Part shown: piece by piece, positions 1 to 11,183 of the stretch
Position numbering within the stretch: position 1 is the stretch's first letter
How the letters are laid out: each line of letters starts with the position of its first letter
Origin: Thecamonas trahens ATCC 50062
Lineage: Eukaryota > Protista > Apusomonadida
Direction of reading: 5' to 3'
Length of the DNA stretch: 64,000 nt
Assembly: GCF_000142905.1 (NCBI RefSeq)
Contig: NW_013657675.1
Location: 1-64,000 of the forward strand
The notes under the pieces: model-generated
What the model was told of the DNA's origin: nothing
What the model saw: the letters and a program-made list of their open reading frames with translations, nothing else
Database searches by the model: none
Position numbers and translations under genes: made by a program

Positions 1-626
1 AGTACGGCAGCCGGTGTCGACAGACTCACGGTTCCATCACCCCCGGCCGCACCCAGGGTGTCCTCGAGTATCCCCACGAAGAGCGAGAGGAAGGTGCGCT
101 CAACCGTTGTGGCCGCGCCCTCCCCGGCGAGCAGCCGGCTGACTAGCCCGCTCGCTTCCTCCGCAGACACCTGAGCCGCTCTAGCCCGTGCGGCCAGGAC
201 CTGTGCGAGGGTGCGGGAGGATGCTGCTGCTCCCCCCTCCTCCGTCCGAGAGCCTTCGTCCTTGACGAGTAGATCCTCCGCCCGACGATGGGCACGAGTC
301 ACGTGCTTCGCGACCCGCTGATTGTCGCCCGCAAAATTTTTTCCCTTCAACAGCCCGGCGACCGCCTCCTTCCATAGCACAGCCAGAATGGCGTTGAACG
401 TCTGACTCAGCGAATCCAGCCCCCTCTGACCAGCGGTCACGTGGTAGAGGCTCGCCTCTGTTGCTCTCGTAATATTCTGCTTGAGCACGGCGGCGGACTC
501 GACCGGTCCCGAAGCGGTCGGCGATACCCACTTCTGGATTTTCATGAAGAACGACGCGATGGCTTCAACGAGCGAGGGCAAGCACTCCTTGCGTACGGCG
601 TTGATAGTCTCGGTCTTGTTAGCCAT
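1..626 (-). CDS. Hypothetical protein, 5' part; open frame runs off the left window edge (not in the supplied ORF track)
   Basis: Manual translation from ATG at 626: MANKTETINAVRKECLPSLVEAIASFFMKIQKWVSPTASGPVESAAVLKQNITRATEASLYHV...ERTFLSLFVGILEDTLG..., ~208 codons with no stop and a helical, protein-like composition. No family recognised. Confidence 0.5.
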   Translation of the reverse strand, partial: MANKTETINAVRKECLPSLVEAIASFFMKIQKWVSPTASGPVESAAVLKQNITRATEASLYHVTAGQRGLDSLSQTFNAILAVLWKEAVAGLLKGKNFAGDNQRVAKHVTRAHRRAEDLLVKDEGSRTEEGGAAASSRTLAQVLAARARAAQVSAEEASGLVSRLLAGEGAATTVERTFLSLFVGILEDTLGAAGGDGTVSLSTPAAV

Positions 627-1254
627 TGTTAGACACTACTGCGTAGGGACAGCCTTAAAGGTTTCACAGAACTACGATGGGGTGTGACGCAGGGTGTGCA
701 CAAGCAAAGGCTAAACCCGATTTTACCCCCGAAGACCGGCACCGAAAGCTGACGTCAGGAACGAGGGAGAGAGAGACGTCTGCCCCAGGCTCAAGCACAC
801 GCTGTCTTGCGACAGGGCCTTGCTCACTACACTATCGATTCTCAACTTTGTTGTCGTTTGTCGTGGTGAATAGTTTTGCATGTAATATTTTTTGTGTTGA
901 CCCTGTTGTGTCGTGGTCATGGTTGATCTGCAGATCTGATCGATCAACCGCGCCCTGCCTCATCGACCTGAACGTCACCCGAGTCCATCCCATTGCCTGC
1001 TGGCTTTGTCCAGTCCCTGTTGGCTTACTCATACGTGTGCTGTGCAAGCCATGTATGATCTTTGGTTGTTGGTGTGGACGTCATTGCCTCGTTTGATGCC
1101 CGTTCCGGCTTTTCTTCAATTAATTCAACGTTCTACTCAATTAACGTCCGCCGCCTTCCCTCTGCCGGCCAAGTACCCGCCGCCCCTATCGCTCACACCC
1201 CACACATACCCATCAGCCGTATCATACCCACCTTTTTCAATGCTCAAGCCCAAT

Positions 1255-3300
1255 TGCCATACCCATCATCCTTTCGCCCGCTATGCCACCCACGTCACGA
1301 CCCCCTCGTCCCCCCTACCATACTCATTACGCCCCGTCACCACCAACCACCACCCCACCCCTACCCCACCACCATCACTATCATCCTAGCCACAACCACC
1401 ACCACCCTGCCTTGGCCATCCTCACCACCATCCCATCGCGCACCCGCTTCCTCTTCCTCCTCCTCCTCCTCCTCTCCTCGCTCTACCTCACCCCCATCCT
1501 CTCCCCCGACCTCGACACCGACACCACTCCACCATCACGTGTCATACTATCCATTTACCAACCATCAACAATCTCAAGCCACCCAGTTCCGACCCAGCCT
1601 CCTCAGCTGGCCCCGCTTCGCCGACCACCAGCCCTCAGCCGTCGCCCGCTCGCCCGATCAGGCCCACCTTCATCACCACGTAGCTCGTTCCCACTACCAG
1701 CTACACAACCCACGACCACCACCAAGGTCATCACACATCCCACACTATCTCCAGTATCAATATCGCTGTCATCGACACCCATCTTCCTCGGCTCATTTCC
1801 GCGTCGGCTTGTTTTGCCTGGGTGGTTGAGCACGTCCTCGACCGTCCCACCCCGCACACGCCCCCGAGTACACTCATTACAAGATATGGCCAATCTGATT
1901 TCACTACTACCCTACTACATGACCACACTACCCCCTTGCACAGTCTCCAATCCATAACTGCTGTATTCCGAAATTCGAGTTTCGCCGGCTCGGGCCCAAG
2001 TTGTTGGCCCTGTGTCCCTTCGATGCTGCTGACCCCTCCTCCCCGGGCCCATCTCCGACCCCCACTCCCCACCATCTCCACTCACAATCACCACATCCAG
2101 ACCACACGTACCCATTATCCCTGCAACTATATCCATCGACTTCATTTGCCCCGATACGCACATCAGCCGACGTTATCCCGTCAACAGCATCGCTGCCGAC
2201 CGCCGGCTGCTCGCCGCCGACCGCCGCCCGCCGCCGACCGACCACCACCGACACCACCGAGGGCAAGCTAGCCATCGACAGGGCATTGGAGGCAATGCAT
2301 GCGGATAGCCACAACAATGGAAATGCCTACCAGTGCGCCCTCCAACCCAATCCTCCCCTCCCTCCTCCGGCCTTGCCCATCACAGCCCCGCCGGCCTGCT
2401 CATCACCAGCCGCCCCTGCCGCCGATCACCAAGCTAGACGACGAGACCACCGGGCTGGCCAGGACGAGGAAGAAGAAGAGAGGGCGGGGGCAATCGATAG
2501 GCAATGCAGTGGTGGGCCAGAGTGCAATGGTCTGCCTCCTTCCTCCAATCTCAAGCCATCGTCCCCATCGACGTCCATCTCAATCCAATCCATCCCGCCC
2601 TCCTCGCCCAAGCCGCCCAAGCCCCTCCACCCTCATCAACCACACCCCACACACACCCTTCATCCTCACCATACCCACCCACATCAATCCTTCACTCCAA
2701 TCGCCATACCCACTGCCATTCCGCCCATTCCGCCACCCACGTCACGACCCCCTTCATCCCCCCTACCATACTCATTACGCCCCTCACCACCAACCACCAC
2801 CCCCACCCCTACTCCACCACATTCACTATCATTGCAGCCACAACCACCACCCACATGTCCTGGCCATCCTCACCACCATCCCATCGCGCACTCGGCCTCC
2901 TCTTCCTCCTCCTCCTCCTCCTCTCCGAGCTCCAGCTCACCCGCATCCTCATTCCCGACCTCGACACCCACACCCCTCAATCATCAGATGCCATACTGCC
3001 CATTCTCCAACCAACTGCAATCTCAAGCCACCTAGCCCATCCAACCACCACGACCCGGCTCCCGAGTTTGACCTGTTTCGCTCCCGTGGTTCATACACCC
3101 AAGTCATGAGTCATTGCGGCAAAGGCCCGGGTCCACCCGCCCCGCCACCCACGCCACAACCCCCTCATCCCCCCCCCACCATACTCATCACGCGCCATCA
3201 CCACCAACCACCACCCTCATCCCCTACTCCACCGCCATCACCCCATCCCAGCCACATCCCCTCCCCCATGCCATGGCCATGCCCACCACCACCCACAATA
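1255..3300. repeat. Dispersed, diverged C/A-rich direct repeat: ~330 bp copies at ~1255-1586 and ~2703-3035, partial copy at ~3145-3290
   Basis: Shared strings ccacccacgtcacgacccc, ccccctaccatactcattacgcccc, tggccatcctcaccaccatcccatcgcgcac and caatctcaagccacc occur in the same order in both long copies. Confidence 0.8.
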
Positions 3301-3376
3301 CTCCCATCGGCGAACGAGATACAGCTCTTCAATCGAGTACGTGCGTCAATCCACAACAATCACCGCTACAGCACAA

Positions 3377-4258
3377 CTATACCTTCCGCACGGCTGCGTC
3401 GTATGCTGGCGGTGCCTCATCCGCTGCTGGCGGCGGCGCAGACGGCGGCGCGTACGGATTAAACGGCGGCGGCGCGTTCGGCGTGGCGACCGCTGGCGCG
3501 AGGAGCGGATTGGGGGCAATGAGCGCTGCAGGCGCCGGCACAGGCGCGATGCCGGAGGTGGTGCTTGTGTACATGCTGTGCGGCAGTGGTGGACCTGCTG
3601 TGACGGCGGCCACACCGGATGTCGCCGGCATCGTGCCCGGTGCCCCTTCCTCGCTCTCGACAACGCCATCATCATCGTATGCGTCGGGGTTGTACGCCAC
3701 ACACAGGATGCACTGGACAATAATGAGAGTCGCCACCGCGATGCCGCCGATAATCATCATGATCGGCCCGCCAGTCTTTGCCCAGCACTTGAACGAGTCC
3801 TTAAAGAAGTTGTTGGGATCGCACGGGTCACCAAAGCCCATCGAGGCATGAATGGTGAAAATAGCCCCGAGCGCAAAGACAATGACGCCCAGGATGAGCG
3901 CAACGCAAGCCAACTGCGCCGGTCTCGTACGGCAACATCGTGTCTCGGTGCAGTCAGCTCCACCTCGCCCGTACACACCGCCACCCACGCCCCGCGAATA
4001 TCCTGGCCGATGGTGGATACCGTGGTGGACACCGTGGTGGACACCGTGGTGGACACCGTGGTGGACACCGTGGTGGAGAGCACCATGGTGGACACCGTGG
4101 TGGAGAGCACCATGGTGGAGAGCACCATGGCGGTGATGCCGACCAACGCGCCCGATCCGCCCTCCTGCCCGCCGCCCTCCTGCCCGCCGCCCTCCAGCTC
4201 GTCGCCCTCCTGCTCGCCGCCCGCCAGACCGTCCTCCTCTGCGTCCTCCAGCACCCAT
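3377..4258 (-). CDS. Two-TM membrane protein with Gly/Arg- and His-repeat N-terminus and Pro-rich C-terminal PPxY motif
   Basis: Two hydrophobic segments (LACVALILGVIVFALGAIFTI; IMMIIGGIAVATLIIVQCILCVAY) flank a short Cys-containing loop; the tail ends ...EAPPAYDAAVRKV. First ATG at 4258; the true start is uncertain. Confidence 0.6.
   Translation of the reverse strand: MGAGGRRGGRSGGRRAGGRRAGGRRAGGRRAGGRIGRVGRHHRHGALHHGALHHGVHHGALHHGVHHGVHHGVHHGVHHGIHHRPGYSRGVGGGVYGRGGADCTETRCCRTRPAQLACVALILGVIVFALGAIFTIHASMGFGDPCDPNNFFKDSFKCWAKTGGPIMMIIGGIAVATLIIVQCILCVAYNPDAYDDDGVVESEEGAPGTMPATSGVAAVTAGPPLPHSMYTSTTSGIAPVPAPAALIAPNPLLAPAVATPNAPPPFNPYAPPSAPPPAADEAPPAYDAAVRKV
4008..4130. repeat. 12/15-bp minisatellite (ccgtggtggaca / ccatggtggagagca), encoding GVHH/GALHH repeats on the minus strand
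   Basis: Directly visible tandem units. Confidence 0.9.
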
Positions 4259-4550
4259 TGCAAACACAACGTTGTGTAGGAGATATGTATATCCCTTCTA
4301 CCTCAACCGCCACCGCCCGTGAGCACTCTCTCTTCGCACCGCTCGCTCTGCCGTTGTTGCTCACTTCTCAGTACCAGAGTGCACCCAAAAATTGTTCACC
4401 ACCCCCCACCCCCCATCCACACCCGCTCACACCCTCCCCTCCCCTGCCATCAATCTTCGCCATGCACCCACACCAGGAGCCTAGCCAAGCTCACACCTCC
4501 ACACCGCTCCCCGTTCTCCCCACTCGATTCTACCCCGAGTGACCGTGACC

Positions 4551-7500
4551 ATGGAGAACACTTACGAGGACATCGACATTGGTGCCCTCCTCGCCGGCCT
4601 CGGCAAGGAGCACCTCAACGATGTCTACCTTGGTACGCCGCCCCGCCCATCCCCGCATCTCATCCTCCATCCTCGCAACCCCCCCGCGCTCACTCACTGC
4701 CCCCCCCCCGTCCACAGCTATCAATGCCTTCCACAAGAAGAACACCGAAGCCCTTGCCGAGCGCTCTGGTCAGTCATCGCTTATGTGGGCGTATGCTGCT
4801 GCATCGCCCGAAGGCAAAGAGCTCGTGGACATCCTCAAGCGCGTCCTCACCGCTGTCGCCCGCTCCGAGTCGGCCTCGCTCGCTCCGCTCCTCGCTGCTG
4901 TCGTCGAGGTCTTTGCCGACATCATCTGGGCCGGCAGCTCGCTCCACGAGCGGACTCTGCCACGGACCAATGATCTGCCTGAACTGCAGGAGCAGGCCGA
5001 CGACCGCCTGCCTTCGCTTGCGCTCGCCCTCGCCCGCGCCATCCTCCGCTCCTACCTCGCCCGACTCTACCCGACGCTCTCCTCGTCGGGCCCGCAGGCC
5101 CTCGCCACGCTCCGCCTCCTCGCTGCCATCGCCGCTCTCTCGCCGACCATCGCTCGCGAGCTCATTCGCCGCTTCGACTGGTCCCTCAAGTCTTTCCTCA
5201 ACATTCCATTTGACTTTGGCCGCGCCTCGCAGAAGAACGGCGTTGCCGCCCTCTCAAAGGCCAACTCGCTCGGCGTCTCACCCTCTGATCTGGTCTCCGC
5301 CTACTTTGAGATTCTCATCACCCTCCTTGCTCACGATGCCCCGGGCATTGCCATCGCAACCGTCTCGCTTCGCACCGTCGTCCCGGCCACCTTCCAGATC
5401 CTCGGCATCGCCCCGCCGTCAGCCGTCGTCCCGCTGCTCACCCTCATCACCCAGCGCATCGCCCTCGCCTCGCACGTCACGAAGCGCATCCGCATGAAGC
5501 TCTTCAACTCACAGACCCTTGTTCAGCTCTCCAAGAACCTCGGCATCCTCCGCAACGACGAAGATTCACGCGCCCTCGTGCTCATGGCCCTCTTCAAGGT
5601 CCTGCTCAATGCCGACGACCCGGCCATGGCCATGTCCGCCTCAGATCTGCTCCGCGGTGTCATCACCGCTCATCGCACCTCAGACGTTTACCGTTTCTTC
5701 AGCCCGTCGTCCGCTGTCGGCGACGCCGCGGGCCGCGCCCTTGCCTCGGTCTCCTCCAGCGCCCTCGCTGCACTCGAGACCCTCCCGCGCTCGACCTCCA
5801 TCCGCTTCTCCATCCTCCAGCCGCCGCCGGCCGACGTCCTTTTCCTCACGCTCCACGCCGCCAACATCGCCCGCTCCACAACCGTCTTCCAGCTCCTTGT
5901 CTCGCTCCACACCACTTGGGGTCTCCGACAGCGCATGCTCATCCAGTACGTCCTCTCCTCGCTTCCGGCACTCGTCACCCCTTACATCGCCGCCTGCAAC
6001 TTTTCGTTTGAGCCGCGGCCCTCGCTCGTCTGGTTCTCGAACATGTCGTGGCTCACCCACCTCCTCCGCACCGTCACCCCGCCGCTCATCGTCGACGCCC
6101 CGCTCGAGTCGCAGGTCATGCCGCTCACCACCACCGTCTCGGCCCTCTCCCGTGCCCTGCAGCACGCCTCGCCGCTTGTTCGCTTCACCGCCTTTGGCCT
6201 CCTCGATGCTCTCTTTGCCCGTGTCGCCGTCCTCAGCTTCCAAGTCGAGCTCTACTTTGACGCCATCTCGGACAACCCCTCGCATCCGGCCCTCGTTCTC
6301 CACCACGGCCGTGCACTCACCGCCAAGGATGTCGCCCTCGACGACGATGTTCCGCTCGCCGCCTCGCACGACACCACCACCCCGGTCGCCACCCTCCCCT
6401 CGCACGCCGCTGCCCTCTCGCTCGTCGACCGCGTCCTCATCTCCTCGCTCCCCTCCCTTCGTGTCGTCCGCTCCGCTTACGCGAGCACCCTCCGCTCCCT
6501 CACAAAGGCTGCAAAGTCGGGCTCGGGCTCGCTTGACCTCGCCGCAGCCTCACTTCTTACCTCCATCCTCAAGGTCTTTGCTGGCTACGTCGCCCACGCC
6601 CCGTCGAGCCTCCAGGGCGAGCGCATGCTCTTCACTCGCCTGGTCCCGCCCACAGAGGTCCTCCTCCTCCTCCCGTCCGCCACCATCGACGCCCTCGTCG
6701 CCGTCCTCTCGCTCCCAACCACTCTCGGCTGGACCTCCGACTCCAAGTTCTCTCTCGCCCCACTCTGCGACCTCTACCTGCACACTCGCTCCGCTTCCCG
6801 CGCACCGCCGCCACCGTCTACGCCCTCCTCGTCCGCTTCCTCCGCGAGTCCGAGTACTTTGACGGAAACCCCATCGAGCTCCACCTCTGGCTGCACCTGC
6901 TCCCGGTCCTCGGCTCTGCCAACTTTACCGCAGTCCTCGACCGCGTCCGCGCCTCGCCGTTTGAGCACTTTGATGCCGTCGCCGATGCCATGGCCGCCGC
7001 GCCAAAGCCCGACGCCGACATGGCCTCCTTCCTCGCACACATGCGCGCATCGGCTAGCGCCTCCGACCTCACCGCTGCACCCTCCTCCAATGCCCTTGTC
7101 TGGTCGCCGCTCGTCGCCGCCTACATTGCCCACGACTCGCCTGATCCGGCCGTCCTCGCCGCCCTCGCCGCCCTCGAGCTCACCCCGGGTGTCCTTGCGA
7201 GTCTCTGTGCCTCGTCAAACATCGGCCTCCCCTCGCCGGCCCTCGAGCTTGACACCGCGTCCATCGGCGCAGACCAGGCCCGCATCATCCTTGCCGTCGC
7301 CGCCCTCAACCGCCTCATGTCGACCAAGCGTCCCACCTCGGACCTCATCACTGCCGTCCACGACATTGTCGACGACGCCATCGCAGCCAAGCACTCGGCC
7401 GCCCTCGTCGAGCTCAGCATCGTCGTCCTCCGCCACCCGGCCCTCGAGCGGGCATTCCTCCCCCCCAACGCCATCACTTCGCCTGATGCGCTCTCCTTGG

Positions 7501-10500
7501 ACGACGGCATCCTTGCCACTTCGGTCGCTTCGGTCGCTGGCACCATTCTTCGTGCGCTGCCGTCGCCGCCGCCCGCAGTCGCCGCCGCCCTCGCGCCCAT
7601 CATGGCCCGCGCCCAGCAAGCGTTCATGGCCTCGTCGCCCGCCCCCGACTCGCCGCTTGGCCAGACTCTTGGTGTCTGCCTCGCACTCTTGGCCAAGGGC
7701 TTCTCGCGGGAGCTCATTCCGCCGCTCGTCAACATGCTGCTCTCGCCCGACGTCGTTGAGCACATTGTCAACGCTCAGTCTTCGCGCCACTCGAACTACC
7801 ACATCGTCCTCTGCCTCCTCCTCCGGCGCGAGCTCGACGTCAACAAGTCCAACCGCGGTGACCTGCTCGGTGTCGCTGACACGGCATACTTTGCCAAGCA
7901 CTACTCGTCGACTCACGTCGCCACCCTCCTCACCGTCCTCGCCCATTCGGGTGTCCGCGACTGGGACGCCGTCTCGCGCCGGGTCGCTTCAGGCGAGCTC
8001 GACATCGACGACGATGAGGTCGCCTTCTACCTCCAGCTCACCGACGAAGAGAAGATCGTTCTCCGCCACACCTCGGTCCTCGCCCAGTTCACCACCGCCC
8101 TCGTCCAGAGCCTCGCCCTCCACGCCTCGCTGAGCCTCGCCTCCGAGTCCGACACCCTGCTCGCCGCCCTCGCCCGCCTCGGCGATCGCGCCACCGGCGA
8201 GGCTCTTGCCACCGTCGTTGCGCTTGTCCCCTCGTTCTGCGCCGCCCTCGCCAACTGGTGGGCGTCGCGCGTCGCTGCCGACAACATGCCGCTCCTCGCC
8301 TGGTTTGCGCTCCTCCTTCCCATCCTCGCCCCTGCGCTCGCCAGCCCGCACGTCCACCTCCCGGCCTCCGCCCGCGATGCCTTTGCCGTCGCCACCGTCG
8401 AGCTCATCCTCGATCCAGAGCTCCCCTCGCCGGGCATCGCCTTGGACATCATCACCGAAGCCATCGAGGCCAAGCGCCTGCCGGCAGCCGCCGTCGCCAT
8501 CCTCGCCGACATCATCACTTCGGACGACCACGACGACCTCGTCCTCACCACCATGGCGCCACACTCGCTCGCCACCCTCCGCCTCTTTGCCGAGTCCGAG
8601 CTCGCCACCCGTGACGTCACCATCGCCTTTGTCACCTGGGCCTGCGCCGACCTGGCCCACGCCTTCCGCAAGCCGGCCGTCGACCTGCCCATGCAGCACG
8701 CCGAGATCGATGTCTGCCTCCAGCTCGCCCTTGTCATTCGCAAGTCGTCGGCCTTTGGCGCCTACCGCGCCCGCAAGCCGGTCGTGGCCCCGACCCCGCT
8801 CGTCGGTCTCCCTGGCGAGCTCCTCGCCCAGCTTGTCCGCCGTGCCCTCAAGCGCCGCTTCCTCCGCCCGGACGTTCTTTTTGTCCTCCGCTGGCTCGTC
8901 CCGCTCATTCCCCACACCGAAGACGCGCCCGACCTCACCACCATCTACGACATGATCTTCCAGCACTCGCAGCTCCGTGCAGCGCTCTACCCGCGCGCCA
9001 CAGATGCTGATGAGCAGGACGCGGCCGACGAGCATGCCCTGCTCGACTTTGCCCACACCGACGAGGTCAAGCAGGCGCTTGTCGTCCTCATGCACGCTCT
9101 CCTCACCGCGCCCACCGCGCCCGCTACCGCTGCCCTCGCCCGCCACCAGCTGCCGCTGCTGCTCGCGGCCTACGGCGCTACCACCTCGCTTGCTGACCGC
9201 GTCCTCCTCCACATCCTCTTTATCTACGAGTCGGCCCAGCTCTCGCTCTTTGCCGACGCTTGGGGCTGGGGTGAGCACACCCTCACTCGCCTTGACGACA
9301 TTATCGAGATCGAGCTCCGTCGCTCGCTCGGCGGGACCGTCTCATCACTCGAGGCCTCGGACAACGCCGGCCTCCTCTCGTCGCACCTCATTGACATGAG
9401 CATGCTCGACCGCAGCCTCCGCCTCTTCCCCATCGACATGCCGCTCTCCGTCAACGCAACTTCGGAGATTCCCGAGCTCGAGGGTACTGTCTGGCAGTCG
9501 CTCGCCTCCAAGATCTTGCGCGGCCGGTTCTCCGCGGCAGGCAACACCGCCCACGTCTCTCCCACCGTCGTCGCTCTCGCCAACGCAAGCAAGGGCGTCA
9601 CCATGAGCGAGCCCACCTCCCGACCCTGCTACGACATGGGCTTCCTCCTCACCTTTTTCGTTCATGTCGCCGCCGCCAACACCGAGGCCTCGGTCGTCAT
9701 CGAGTCGGGCGCCCTCGCCATCGGCTTCCGCGCCCTCGCCGCCCACCACTCGAACGTCCGCAAGCTCGGCTACGAGCTTGTCTCGCTCATCGAGTCGCTC
9801 ATCCGCGCCTACCGCTTCCGCTCGCGGAGCAACTTTGAAGTCATCGTCGATCTCGTCAAGGGCTCTGTGACCCAGGAGTTTGAGCGCCTGCCCTCGGCGC
9901 TCTCGCTTGCGCTTGCGCTCGCCGCCCGCGTCCTCTCGTTTAGCAACAACCCGGTCTTCCCGGTCGTCGTCAAGTGGCTCACCAAGTACCCCTCGATCTA
10001 CATCCACCGCCTCCCGTTCCGCGGCCACTTTGCGCCGACCAAGACGGGCGACGGCGTCATCGCCCGCCCCTTTGTCTTTGACATCATCGCCCACGGCGCG
10101 CACTCGGCCCGCGACCTGGCCAACTTTGACAAGGCCTCGATCGTCCAGGGCGTGTTTGCCGCCTATCTCGACTCGGGCAACCCGTCGCAGGTCGTCGACT
10201 CGGCCCTAGCCTTTGTCCGCCACATGGCCCGCGTCCCGGCCCTCGCCACCCGCCTCGTCTCAAAGTACAGCTTTGCCGAGTGGATGGCCGCCGCCATCGC
10301 GCCGTCAGACCTCTCCGGCGACGCCCTTGCAGGCTTTATGACCATCGTCACCGACCTCTCGCTCGCGCTCGACGACGCAAAGGAGTCGGCCATCGTCGAT
10401 ACTGCCGTCTTCACCCTCCGCTCGCTCGCCACCGCCGTTCTCACCCGCATGATCGCCGGCTTTAACGCTCGCTCCTGGAAGAACTACGAGATCTCCGCCA

Positions 10501-11119
10501 TCTTCCACGCCGCCCTCGACCTCGGCGACCGCATCGACGCCCTCCCTTGCTCCATCCTCGCCGACATGCTCAACGCCTACCACGCCCACGTCCGGCCCAT
10601 CCTCTACGCCCGTGTTGCCCGCCGCGCAGAGGCCCGCCTCGTTACCCGCATGGTCAATGCCCCGCCGGCGTCCTCGGCCGCCTCGGCCGACGCGCGCCTC
10701 GCCTTTGCCACCTCCGCCGTCGCCGCTGCTCTCCTCCCCACCACCGTCAAGTGGTACCGCGACGAGCATCTCAGGGACGAGGTCTGGGACCATCTCCTTC
10801 CCGCGCTGGCTGGCTTCCGCGCCGTCCCCTCGGCATCACTCGTCACCGGAATCCTCGCCCTCCTCGCCGCCTCGCACACCTGCATTTCGCCCGCTCGCTA
10901 CGCCCGCCTCGTCGTCGCTGCCGCCCGCCTCGTCGGCCAGCACGTCGCCGCCCACCGGCCCGCCTCGCTCTCACCGCCAGCCACAAGTCGCTTGTCCTCG
11001 ACACCATCCCGGCCGCGCTTCGCGCCCTCGACTCGGCCGACTCTGGCTCGTCCGGTGCCGTCCTCGGCCTCGTCGACGCTCTCTCGGAGCTTGTCCACGC
11101 CACTGCAGCACCATCGTAA
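4551..11119 (+). CDS. URB1: Nucleolar pre-ribosomal-associated protein 1 (URB1/Npa1); one intron and two apparent single-base frameshifts (~6798, ~10956)
   Basis: ~2150-aa helical-repeat protein with URB1-like segments: ARELIRRFDWSLK, KRIRMKLFN, FSFEPRPSLVWF, LSRALQH, LLLAAYGATTSLADRVLLHILFIYE, CYDMGFLL, IESGALAIGFRALAAHHSNVRKLGY. ORFs 4579-8133, 6990-11576 and 10547-11119 join via -1 shifts. Confidence 0.85.
4633..4717 (+). other. Spliceosomal intron, 85 nt, phase 1, in URB1
   Basis: GTACGC donor, CTCAC branch-like motif, polypyrimidine tract and CAG acceptor; removal joins ...DVYL to AINAFHKK in frame. Confidence 0.85.
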
Positions 11120-11183
11120 AGCAAGACACACACCCGTTGCTCTCCTTGTTTTTCACGCATCTGTTTACTTTCCACACGCCTGT

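Noticed and set aside
1006-3462. Long Pro/His/Thr-rich ORFs on the + strand
   Set aside because: By-products of C/A-rich repeats that lack stop codons; open in all frames with no codon bias.
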